DNA of 64,000 bases from a virus: IMG/VR virus record IMGVR_UViG_3300006925_000007, positions 48,242-112,241 of that record; one strand, 5' to 3'. Position 1 is the stretch's first letter. Each line of letters opens with the position of its first letter. Made by a program: the position numbers and the translations under genes. The notes beneath the pieces are model-generated. The model was given only the letters and a program-made list of their open reading frames with translations, did not search any database and had not been told where the DNA came from. Positions 35,674 to 46,000 of the stretch are shown in pieces.

Positions 35674-37523
35674 TGTTAAGAGATAATTGGCTTAATACAG
35701 TCTCATCTGGGTCTTATAAGTTTACATTTATGATTGTAGACAAAGATACCTGGAATGACGCATCTAAAGGATCATTCAATAAAGAACAAACACTTGCACA
35801 AGGCAAAGGAATTATTGTTGCTGAAGATGGAGTTGAAAGTGCGTATGCTGTTCAAAATGTAAACATAATGACAAGCCAAGGCGCAGTATCCAATGGTTAT
35901 TCTAAATCTACATTAGTTCATTTTGATATAATGGAACCTCTTGGATTTGGACTTTTAGAAAGATCACTAACAGTATCAAGGATGCTCGGACAAGCTCAAA
36001 ATTTTAAATCAATTAACTGGGTATTATTATTAGATTTTATAGGAATAGATCCAGTTAACGGAGCAAGTAGAAAAAGAGAAGGCACATTTGTTTATGCATT
36101 AGTATTAAAAGATGTTAGTGCAACAATAGGCGAGGCCGGAGCAAAATACTTTTGTGAATTTAATAACATGGACACAGAGGCTAAACTTGATACAGTTACT
36201 AAAACTGACATGACAGTTAAAAATGTAACTACGGTAAAAACATTCTCTGAAAATTTAGAAACAGCATTAAATAAAAATGCACAGGCTATACGACCAGACT
36301 CGACAGTAGGCGGGCCTGCAGGACGAATGGTGCAAACTGAAGTTGAATATAAAGTTGTGCTCAGCTCATCAATGACTACACAAGCACAAGATTATTTTAG
36401 ATTACCAAGTTTTAATTTAAGTGAAGCACCTTGGGGCGGAACTGTTGATACTTCAACGTCTGGTGCTCAAAGTGAATCACTTGAAGCGTTAGGTATAAGA
36501 GATATAACAATCAATAACAATACACAATTATGTGCAAAAATACGTGAGCTTATTGCTGAAGTTCCAGCTTACGCTCAGCATAACGCACGAGCGTCAAAAA
36601 ACGGAATTACATATGAGGTCGTTGTTACGCCAAAAATGGAACTACTAGATGGAGTTGATACGACTGTTAATTTACAGCGTAAAAGAATTACATTGCATAT
36701 AGGTCTTGTAACACACGCTACACAAATTCCACAAGACAAAGTTAGTATTACACAGTTAAGAAACCAAAAAGCCGCACAGACAGAAAGATTCAATGACCTT
36801 ATTCGTCCCAATCTTGTTAAAAAATATACATATCAATATACAGGTGAAAACACAGAAGTAATGGATATTGATTTAAACCTTAATCAATATTTTTATAACG
36901 CATTGTCACCGCAGGCAGGAGTTTATTACGCAGATAATCATAGTATGTTTGAAGCAAACATAGTAAATGTAGATACTATAAATGATCCAGAATCGTTAGA
37001 CGCTAACCCGCACGATGGACAACGTGTTCCACTTCCTGCCAGATTTTTAAGCGACATGCCATTAGTAAAATACAACGTTGAACAAAGCCCAATATTCAGA
37101 GTGCAACCAGTTGGTCCACATGGACAACAAGTGAATGAATCAACAAGTGTAGATACGATTGCAAATTTATCATTACTTGACCACGCAGCAAGAACACGTG
37201 ATGCAGCAGAATTAACACTAGAAGTAAGAGGCGACCCTATATTCTTAGGCAAAAGTGGGAATGATCTTTTTTCCGAAGAAGAAGGAGATAGTCCAAAGTC
37301 AGCATATATGGCATTTTTAAACTTTACACCTAATCCAGAAGATTTATTAGGCAAGCAAAGAAAAGGCCCAGTTGACATGATAAGTACAGGTATATATAGA
37401 ATTAACGAAGTTAACAGTAAATTCCAACAAGGAAGTTTTACACAAACAATAAAAACATACAGAGATGGAAATAGTAATACGTATTTGTTACTTGATCAAA
37501 TAGTAGAATTAAAGGTAGATTAA
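35673..37523 (+). CDS. Baseplate hub protein (gp27/late-control-D-like)
   Basis: 616 aa. C-terminal LEVRGDP...TGIYRINEVNSKFQQGSFTQTI; located between gp53 and gp5. Confidence 0.6.
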   Translation: MLRDNWLNTVSSGSYKFTFMIVDKDTWNDASKGSFNKEQTLAQGKGIIVAEDGVESAYAVQNVNIMTSQGAVSNGYSKSTLVHFDIMEPLGFGLLERSLTVSRMLGQAQNFKSINWVLLLDFIGIDPVNGASRKREGTFVYALVLKDVSATIGEAGAKYFCEFNNMDTEAKLDTVTKTDMTVKNVTTVKTFSENLETALNKNAQAIRPDSTVGGPAGRMVQTEVEYKVVLSSSMTTQAQDYFRLPSFNLSEAPWGGTVDTSTSGAQSESLEALGIRDITINNNTQLCAKIRELIAEVPAYAQHNARASKNGITYEVVVTPKMELLDGVDTTVNLQRKRITLHIGLVTHATQIPQDKVSITQLRNQKAAQTERFNDLIRPNLVKKYTYQYTGENTEVMDIDLNLNQYFYNALSPQAGVYYADNHSMFEANIVNVDTINDPESLDANPHDGQRVPLPARFLSDMPLVKYNVEQSPIFRVQPVGPHGQQVNESTSVDTIANLSLLDHAARTRDAAELTLEVRGDPIFLGKSGNDLFSEEEGDSPKSAYMAFLNFTPNPEDLLGKQRKGPVDMISTGIYRINEVNSKFQQGSFTQTIKTYRDGNSNTYLLLDQIVELKVD

Positions 37524-37524
37524 A

Positions 37525-38730
37525 ATGGGTGTATCAGCAGGTTCAGGGTTTCAAACAGATGGCAATAAAGTAGCCAAACGTGCTCACGCATCAACTTCAT
37601 ACAACAGTAATATTCTTAACGGTTTATATGTTGGTGAAGTAATAAACAATAGTGATGCACAACACAATGGCAGAGTTACTGTTAAAATTCCAGAATTTGG
37701 AGCAGATTCAGAACGTATTGTGTTGCTGACTACTCCGTTCGGTGGCAACACAGAAATTAAAACTGAAATTAAAGAGCCGGATATAGAAGAAGGTTCAGCT
37801 ATTACATATGGCATGTGGCCACAACCACCTGAAATAGGATCAAATATTTTAGTGGGATACACAGGATCAATGGCACAAGGATTTTTCTTAGGTTATCTTC
37901 CACCCAAGGATAGAAATGCAACCATGGGCGGCAACGCAAGTAATGAAGCGTATGATGGTGACGGTAATATTATATTATCTCAAACTACAGAAAAAAATAG
38001 TCTAGATGAGTCTGATTCAGTAACAAAAGCAGCCAAACAAAAACAACTCGCTCAATTACTTGAGTCTGGTCTTATATTAGACTATGTTAGAGGACACAGT
38101 CAAAGTAGTGCAAGAAGAGAATCACCTAGTAAGGTATTTGGAATCACAACAAAAAGTGGACATACAATTAGTATGGACGACCACGAGGAAAATGATAATA
38201 TTAGAATTAGAACTAGTGGTGGTAATCAGATTTTGCTAGACGATACTAGTGGATTTATATTCATTAGTAATAACAAAGGTAATGCATGGATAGAAATGGA
38301 TGCAGATGGTCGTGTTGATGTTTATAGCCAAGGTGGTGTCAGCGTAGCAACAGACGGAGATTATAATGTTCATGCAAAAGGATCCATTAACATGCAAGCA
38401 GATCAAGGAGTTAATATTAAAAGCACAGGATCAGAAGGCCTTAAATTAGAAAGCAGTTCTGGATCAATTGATGTGCATAGTAATCTTGATATTAACAATA
38501 ACGCCGATGGAAATATTAATATAACTGCAGGCCCGAGTTATATTTTAAAAGCAGACCTTGTAGAGATTAACGGACCACAACCTGGTGAAACAAGTAAAGC
38601 AGCAGTTCAGGCACAGACAGTAAACACAAATGTAACGGAAAGTATTAGTAGCAGAGTTCCTGAGCATCACCCATGGAAAGGTGTATCTATACGAGAAAAA
38701 ATGGAAACGGGTAAAGGAAATTCAGGCTAA
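37525..38730 (+). CDS. gp5: Baseplate central spike (gp5/VgrG-like OB-fold plus beta-helix, no fused lysozyme)
   Basis: YVGEVINNSDAQHNGRVTVKIP, PPEIGSNILV, TKSGHTISMDD, RTSGGNQILLDD and short beta repeats. Confidence 0.8.
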   Translation: MGVSAGSGFQTDGNKVAKRAHASTSYNSNILNGLYVGEVINNSDAQHNGRVTVKIPEFGADSERIVLLTTPFGGNTEIKTEIKEPDIEEGSAITYGMWPQPPEIGSNILVGYTGSMAQGFFLGYLPPKDRNATMGGNASNEAYDGDGNIILSQTTEKNSLDESDSVTKAAKQKQLAQLLESGLILDYVRGHSQSSARRESPSKVFGITTKSGHTISMDDHEENDNIRIRTSGGNQILLDDTSGFIFISNNKGNAWIEMDADGRVDVYSQGGVSVATDGDYNVHAKGSINMQADQGVNIKSTGSEGLKLESSSGSIDVHSNLDINNNADGNINITAGPSYILKADLVEINGPQPGETSKAAVQAQTVNTNVTESISSRVPEHHPWKGVSIREKMETGKGNSG

Positions 38731-39455
38731 TGGCAACATATACTTTACCTAATATAATAACAAAGGAAGATTTACTACCTTTTGATCTATTTCCAGTTGC
38801 TGATAATACATTAGCTAAAACAATAGTTCCTATTAGAAATCTAGAAACTAGTCCAGCAATGATTAACTTAATGTTAAGAAATATTGGCTGGAGTGGATTC
38901 GCATACAAAGATGTTGACAATATTGTAAAAATAGGATATAATCTAACAGATGGTGTCGGCAGTGTAGGATTAACTGAAGCAGATGCATTTGAAAAATGGA
39001 TTAAACATTTCAAAGACGCTGAGAGAAGATTCAAAGAAATATTTGTGTTAGATTCAATTAGTCAAAGTCAGTATGATGGTATGGTAAGCATGTATTACTT
39101 TACAGGTGACTGGACTAGAGTTGGATCAGAACAAAGAACATTTCAATTATACGATTACGTAAAAAATAGAGAATGGGAATATGTAGCAACTGCTATGACC
39201 AGCAGTGGAGTTAATAGAATTCAACGACAGTTGGAAGCAAAAGTTATTATGCTTGCAGACTATGGAATAGTCAAAGATAGATCATTAATTAAAAGACAAG
39301 GTATACAAGACATAGCAAATAAATATCCAGCAAGAATGCTAGATGATAAAAGCAGATCTCAAGCGGAATATGTATACTATGCTGAAACAAAAAGGTTTTT
39401 GCCAAATATAGCAGAATCTAGACAACGGATACTATCCTCTAAATTAAATAGGTAA
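38730..39455 (+). CDS. Lysozyme-fold (GH24-like) tail protein, probably catalytically degenerate
   Basis: AYKD...KIGYN, ISQSQYDGMVSMYYFTG and RQLEA resemble phage lysozyme motifs, but the catalytic Glu of the EG motif is not evident. Confidence 0.55.
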   Translation: MATYTLPNIITKEDLLPFDLFPVADNTLAKTIVPIRNLETSPAMINLMLRNIGWSGFAYKDVDNIVKIGYNLTDGVGSVGLTEADAFEKWIKHFKDAERRFKEIFVLDSISQSQYDGMVSMYYFTGDWTRVGSEQRTFQLYDYVKNREWEYVATAMTSSGVNRIQRQLEAKVIMLADYGIVKDRSLIKRQGIQDIANKYPARMLDDKSRSQAEYVYYAETKRFLPNIAESRQRILSSKLNR

Positions 39456-39489
39456 TTATATAATCATTATATTAGCCGATAATGAATTA

Positions 39490-39497
39490 GATAAATA
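39490..39497 (+). promoter_or_regulatory. Late promoter GATAAATA
   Basis: Five bases before the gp25 ATG. Confidence 0.7.
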
Positions 39498-39502
39498 CTA
39501 GT

Positions 39503-39886
39503 ATGAACAGTATAGTAGGCTACACAACAATAAATCAGCAAAATGGAAGTCTAAGACTAGATGGTCTTGAACTTGCTAAACGCGACTTAGTAAATCATTT
39601 CCATATTCGCAAAGGCGAGAAATGGACAGACCCAGATTTTGGTAGCAACCTACTTGAATATGTGTTCCAACCACTAGATGAGTTTACAACAGATGCAATA
39701 AACGAAGAAGTATATAATATTGTATCATATGATCCACGTTTTGAATTAGATAAGCAAAGTATTGTTATTGATCAAGACGCTCATTCAGTTACAGTAACAG
39801 TCAAATTATTATATCTACCCACAACAACTGCAACAGAATTGCAGATTCAATTTGACAGTGATTTCACAGAACAGGCAGAGTTTTAA
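39503..39886 (+). CDS. gp25: Baseplate wedge/sheath initiator (gp25-like)
   Basis: IRKGEKWTDPDFGSNL...F.PL...I...V..DPRF. Confidence 0.9.
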   Translation: MNSIVGYTTINQQNGSLRLDGLELAKRDLVNHFHIRKGEKWTDPDFGSNLLEYVFQPLDEFTTDAINEEVYNIVSYDPRFELDKQSIVIDQDAHSVTVTVKLLYLPTTTATELQIQFDSDFTEQAEF

Positions 39887-39888
39887 TT

Positions 39889-42800
39889 ATGGCACAAAAT
39901 ATTAGACAATCAAAACTTTTTGCAGCTGAAGACTATGTAGCAGTATACGAATCATATATCAATGCTAACTTACAAGCATATGATTATGATACTATTCGCA
40001 CAGCGATGGTCGAGTATGTAAGAAGCACATATCCAGAAAACTATAATGACTGGATTGAAAGTTCAGAGTTTGTTGCACTACTTGACGTAGTAGCACAAAT
40101 GGGACACAACTTAGCATTTAGAGTTGACCTAAACTCACGTAATAACTTTTTAAGCACAGCAGAAAGACAAGATAGTGTTTATAAACTAGCAGAATTTATT
40201 GGCTACACACCAAGACGTAATGTGCCAGCATTTGGTGAGATGAAAGTAATTAGTGTAAAAACAAACGAGTCTGTAATTGGCAGTGCAGGAACCAGTTTAG
40301 GCGGGCAAGATATTAAATTTGAATCAACAAGTAATGTAAACAACTTGGATGATTTCATTGCGGTAATGAATAGTGTATTACAATTTGGTAATCAATATGG
40401 TAGTCCTAAAAAACAAACATCAGTAAATAATATCGCACAACAGTTTTATGAATTAAACAACGACGCAAATCAAATCAAGTTTGACGTAACAGGTATTGCA
40501 AATGGTAAATCATCCACATTTAATATTGTGAGTGTAGATTATGCAGACGGCATTGTATACGAAAAATCTCCTAATCCTAGTAATGCATTTGGATTATATT
40601 ATAAAAATAGTGGGTTAGGTTTATCAAACAAAGATACAGGTTTCTTCTTTGGAGTAAAAGAAGGAACACTAGCATTCCAAGATATTCAAATTACAGAAGC
40701 AATTGATAATCAGACTATTGATATTAATGTAGATCACATTAATAATAGTGACGTATGGGTGCAAACAATTACATCAGCAGGTAATGTTGTTAAAGATTGG
40801 ACCAATGTAAAAAATGTGGATGCGTATGCAAATACATCATACAATGGAGTAGTGGCTACAACTAGAGATATATACTCAGTTAAGACACGCAAAGACAACC
40901 AAATATCAATTAACTTTGCAGACCAAACATTTGGTAATGCACCAAAGGGAATTATACGTGTTTGGTATCGTGTAAGTAAAAACGAGTCTTATGTAGTTAG
41001 ACCAGACGATTTATCAAACAAAAAAATTACAGTTCAATATAAAGGCATTGATGGTAATTCTTATACTGCAACATTTACGTTGCAATTAAAAACAAGCATT
41101 ACAAACGGAAGCAGTGCTGAGTCATTAGATAGTATTAAACAAAATGCTCCAATGGCATATGCAAGCCAGAACAGATTAGTCACAGCAGACGATTATAATA
41201 CAATAATTGGATATCAAACATCAAGTGTTGTAAAAGTTAAAAGCCTTAACAGAACATTTAGTGGACATAGTAGATATGTTGACTTTACAGATCCAACAGG
41301 AGAATACAGTAACTTATTGTTACACGGAACCGATGGTCGTTTGTATGAAACAGATACAGTTAAAAGTAAAACCACAAGTGTAGGACAAAATAAAGATTAC
41401 ATCTTTGAAAAATACGTAAAGCCACAACTATCAGACTTTGATTTAATTAACCTTTACTATACAAAATACACAACCGCATTTGATAATTTAAAAAATACAT
41501 TTAATGCAGAAACATTTTATTGGGATGCACCAGGAACTAATTTATATACAGCGAACACAGGCAAATTACAAAATGCAAATTCAGTAGTTCAACGAGTAGG
41601 CAAAACTGCAACAAGCACAAACTATTTGAATCAGTTCAGAGTAGGAGCAATGGTTAAGTTTACACACCCAAGTAATGGAAGTCATAAATGGGCAAAAGTA
41701 TTAAATGTATTTGCTTACGGACTTGGTATAGACAAGACTGGAGTTCAGCTTGGTGAAGCAAGTGGATTAAGATCAAACGGACTTGGTGCAATTACATTAG
41801 ATGCAAATATTCCAACTGGTTGGACTGTTGATACTATTATCCCATCGTTCCCACGTTTATTTAAAACAAAAGAATCAAATATTATTACAACATATTTAGA
41901 AGCAAAAAGAACATTTGCTCTTTCGTTTGATTATCAAAATCAAAGTTGGGAACTAGACAGCAACCCTGGATCTTATAATGTAACACCTGGTTCATATGAT
42001 AAAGATACATGGCTTATTTACTTTAACTTCACTGGAGGAAAGTATAACATATATACAAGAACAACACAATACGTTTTAGAAAGCAACGATGTTGCATTTA
42101 CAAATGTTAGCATGAACAGTGGATTAGATTCATTAACAAAGAAAAAAGCAAGAGATACAGTTGAATTTACTAGTGTAGTAGATGGAGTATTAACGACTAG
42201 CGGTAAGATGCATGTAAGTGGTATAGAACAAGACTCTAATGGAGTTATTGATGCTTCCCACATCTTCTTATCATTGGTTGATGATAATTTTGACAACAGA
42301 CCAGATAATCCATTAGTGTTTACTGACATTGTTGGAGATTCAACAGCTATCGTTGATGGCATAGAGCGAGCTGATAAAAGTAATTTAAGATTTGAATGGC
42401 GCCATGTTGCAGCAGATAGAGAAATTGTTGATCCAAGCTACACAAACATTATCGATGTATATGTGTTAGATAAAACATATGATACAGATTATAGAAATTG
42501 GTTAATGACAAATGTAGGCGAAGAACCAATTGCGCCATCCAGTGATTCGTTAGCCACTAACTTTACAGGCATAGAAAAACAAAAAATAATTAGTGATACT
42601 ATTTTATATAAGCCAGTAAAATATAAAACATTATTTGGACCAACTGCTCATTCATCTCTACGTGCAACATTTAACGTAGTTAAAGTAAAAGGCAGCAATA
42701 TAGTTGACAGTGAAATTAGAGCAAACGTAGTAAAAGCAATTAATGAATTCTTCGATGTAGGCAATTGGGAATTTGGTGAAACATTTTACTTTACAGAATT

Positions 42801-42984
42801 GGCAGCATATGTTCATAAAGAACTATCTATGTTAATTAGTAGTTTTACTATTATACCACATGGTGCATCAAGTGTGTTTGGAGAGTTATTTGAAATTACA
42901 CCAAACATAGATGAGATGTTTATACCAGATGTAAGTATAGACGATATTAATATCGTTAGTAACGTTAACGCTGTTGCAAAATGA
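39889..42984 (+). CDS. gp6: Baseplate wedge protein (gp6-like)
   Basis: YDYDTIR, FLSTAERQDSVYKLAEFIGY.P.R and ESLDSIKQNAP..YASQNRLVTADDY motifs. Confidence 0.9.
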   Translation: MAQNIRQSKLFAAEDYVAVYESYINANLQAYDYDTIRTAMVEYVRSTYPENYNDWIESSEFVALLDVVAQMGHNLAFRVDLNSRNNFLSTAERQDSVYKLAEFIGYTPRRNVPAFGEMKVISVKTNESVIGSAGTSLGGQDIKFESTSNVNNLDDFIAVMNSVLQFGNQYGSPKKQTSVNNIAQQFYELNNDANQIKFDVTGIANGKSSTFNIVSVDYADGIVYEKSPNPSNAFGLYYKNSGLGLSNKDTGFFFGVKEGTLAFQDIQITEAIDNQTIDINVDHINNSDVWVQTITSAGNVVKDWTNVKNVDAYANTSYNGVVATTRDIYSVKTRKDNQISINFADQTFGNAPKGIIRVWYRVSKNESYVVRPDDLSNKKITVQYKGIDGNSYTATFTLQLKTSITNGSSAESLDSIKQNAPMAYASQNRLVTADDYNTIIGYQTSSVVKVKSLNRTFSGHSRYVDFTDPTGEYSNLLLHGTDGRLYETDTVKSKTTSVGQNKDYIFEKYVKPQLSDFDLINLYYTKYTTAFDNLKNTFNAETFYWDAPGTNLYTANTGKLQNANSVVQRVGKTATSTNYLNQFRVGAMVKFTHPSNGSHKWAKVLNVFAYGLGIDKTGVQLGEASGLRSNGLGAITLDANIPTGWTVDTIIPSFPRLFKTKESNIITTYLEAKRTFALSFDYQNQSWELDSNPGSYNVTPGSYDKDTWLIYFNFTGGKYNIYTRTTQYVLESNDVAFTNVSMNSGLDSLTKKKARDTVEFTSVVDGVLTTSGKMHVSGIEQDSNGVIDASHIFLSLVDDNFDNRPDNPLVFTDIVGDSTAIVDGIERADKSNLRFEWRHVAADREIVDPSYTNIIDVYVLDKTYDTDYRNWLMTNVGEEPIAPSSDSLATNFTGIEKQKIISDTILYKPVKYKTLFGPTAHSSLRATFNVVKVKGSNIVDSEIRANVVKAINEFFDVGNWEFGETFYFTELAAYVHKELSMLISSFTIIPHGASSVFGELFEITPNIDEMFIPDVSIDDINIVSNVNAVAK

Positions 42985-43000
42985 AATAGGATAAGATTTA

Positions 43001-46000
43001 ATGTCTAAGAAAAAATCAGGAAGTTATAAAACTCCAAATATAAAATCGGCAAATTTATTACCTCAGGTCTTTAATACTGATGTAAATAAAAAATGGCTTG
43101 ACAGCACATTAGACCAAATGATTTCAAAGGGTCGCCTAAAGAATGTAGAAGGCTACATTGGTGATAAATCTGGAAACAATAGATCTCAAGGCGATGTTTA
43201 TTTAGAAAATGGAAAATTAGATCCTGCAATTGTAATTACAAATACTGATAACAAATTAGTAGACGCAATTACAATGGACGACATTGCAAATGCAATTAAC
43301 ATAAACTTTAGCGAATACAATTATAATACAGCATACGCAACAAAATCATATAGTTACAGACCTCCTATTAACATACACAAGTTTGTAGACTATCAAAATT
43401 ATGCGTGGGTTGATCAAATGCCTACATACGAAAGTATTAGAACACTTGATGCTGCAACTGTAGGGACAGTAACATCGGGCTCATCATATCCTGCAAACCC
43501 ATCACATGGTGATTACTTTGCACTTAATGATGGAGTAAGCACAAAAACTTATCAATGGGATGACAATGTTAAAGTTTGGCAACCAAGCGGAACAACAGAT
43601 GCAATTTATACTAGGAACAATAATAATGCAGGATTTACAAGTGTAGTTAATCCAGTAGAAATGTTAACTGATCAATTATCTTATACAATTATAGATAACA
43701 ACAATACATTTGATCTAGCAGACCAAATGCTTATTAAATTTGTTGGCGATGGATGGCATTCAGATTCACGCACAAAAACATATCTTGTTACAGGAACAGG
43801 CAAAGAGCTTAAACTGATCAACATATATAGCTGGCCAATGCGACAGACATTATATCCGGAGACAACAAAAACTACAGTAACAGTAGGTGGAATATGGGAT
43901 AAAAGTAAAATAACTGATGTTGATCCTAACAAATCAAGTTCATTATATAGTCCTGCCACAACACCTAGTGAGATGAAGGGAAGTTATAATGTAGACGCTA
44001 ATCGCTTACCAATATTTGATGGATTTGTATTTACAAACGAAGAGTCAAACAAAACACAATTTATAGAAGGAGAGCTAATATCATTCTCAGATAGCTGGAG
44101 CATTATCGATCCCAATGGGATAAGTCAGCCAATTCTACCCGATGCTGACTATCATAAGATATGGTATACAACAGTAGACAATGTAACAGGTGATATTGAT
44201 TTTATATTAATTGTTGATGCAAAGCAAATAGGAACAAATCCTGGCAAGTGGGAACAGTTTATTGTGCCGGGCACAGACGAAACAGTATGGGCAAAATATA
44301 AAGATAGACTAGAAGGATTTGATACACAAAATTACGACAAGTCTACAGTAATCTTTACTGAAAAAGATTATCAAGTAATAGAAACAGATAGCCCATTTAG
44401 AACCGCATGGAGCAGAAACAACAAATGGACAGATATTGATACTCTTAAAAAGGTCAACGAACTTATATACGGTGGTATTAATATTGAAGCATTAACTGAT
44501 ACAAAGTTTATTGCAAAGAGACCTATTATTGAGTTTGACGGCAAATTAAATATGTGGCAGTGGGCAAATTACTCACCAGACTTAGGCGATAGTCATTGGA
44601 CTGGTGTAATTGACTTTATGGTTAAACCTATTGGTGATTATGCACCAACAGAATCAGCTGGACCAGTCTACTCGTTAGATTTAAGTAAGGTTGAAATAAA
44701 AGGTAACCAGAGAATTGCATTCACAGAAGGTGACTTATCAAATAAAATTTGGGAAGTAGGTTCTAATGGAGTATTAACAGAAGGTATTTCTTTAACAGAA
44801 AATAATTGTGCATATGTAAGGGAAGCATTACCGGATACTGAAGATAAGATTTGGTCAAATAGTGATGTGTTCTTTGATGGAACAAAATGGAGCACTGGGC
44901 AACAACGCACAACTATTAACCAAATGCCACTGTTTAAACTTTATACAACTGGTGGATTAGCAGTAGAACAACTAGAAGGCGGCAAGTTTCAAGGTAGTAG
45001 ACTTTTTAACTACAAAATAGGAACAGGCACAACCGATCCTGAATTAAGCATACCATTATCATATAAAGACATTAATGGCATTGGTGAGTATCAGTTTGAA
45101 AATTATTTGTTTACTGAAACACAATTTCAAAGTATTACATCTCAATTTAATAAAGACACAAATTACCATAGACAGATAATAGGACAAAACTTATTTAAAG
45201 TTAATGATAAATTAACTAATCTATACAAGCAAAGTGAAGAAATTAGTGGAGCAGAAACATTAGAAACATATGATGTAGATAGTGTAAGTTCAGACTTTAC
45301 AATTAATACTGGACACAGTTCATGGAGAGCAGATAGACGTATTGCATTACATCAGCAAAATAAAGAATGTGTAGTAACAGAAATACAAAACGGTGTTTAC
45401 TTAGACAAAACAAATGTAGACCACACAAACATATATGTAGGTAAAAATATACCTGTTGTATTTAACAACTTATTGGAAACTGGTGATGTTAGATTTAAAA
45501 CTGTAGCTGGTGTTGACATTGAAACAACTCCACAAGCAGGTGTAACTGTAACAAGAAGTGGAAATGATATTACCTTATCACTTACTACATACAGTAGCAA
45601 AATTATTATTGACCCAGCAGATGCAACATTAACAAATGACTATACAATTATACCACTTGACAACTATGATAGTATTCAGCATACAGTAGAAGTTAATGGT
45701 AAGCAGTTAAGTCCTAATAATTATACAATCAATGCAGATACAATTGTTATACCAAAAGAAAAACTAAATGTAGATGATGTTGTTGATTTAAAATATGCAA
45801 GTAATAATAATAAAAACAGAACCACAAACCTGTCATTACCTAAAACTTTAAAACATAATCCAAATAACGAAATATTAAAAACTTTTACAATGGGTGAAAC
45901 ATTAACACATTGGCAAGACATAATAACTTCTACTCCAGGATTTGAAGGTGATGTATTTGGTGTCAACAATTATGATGCAATTAATAAGCAACATTACTTT

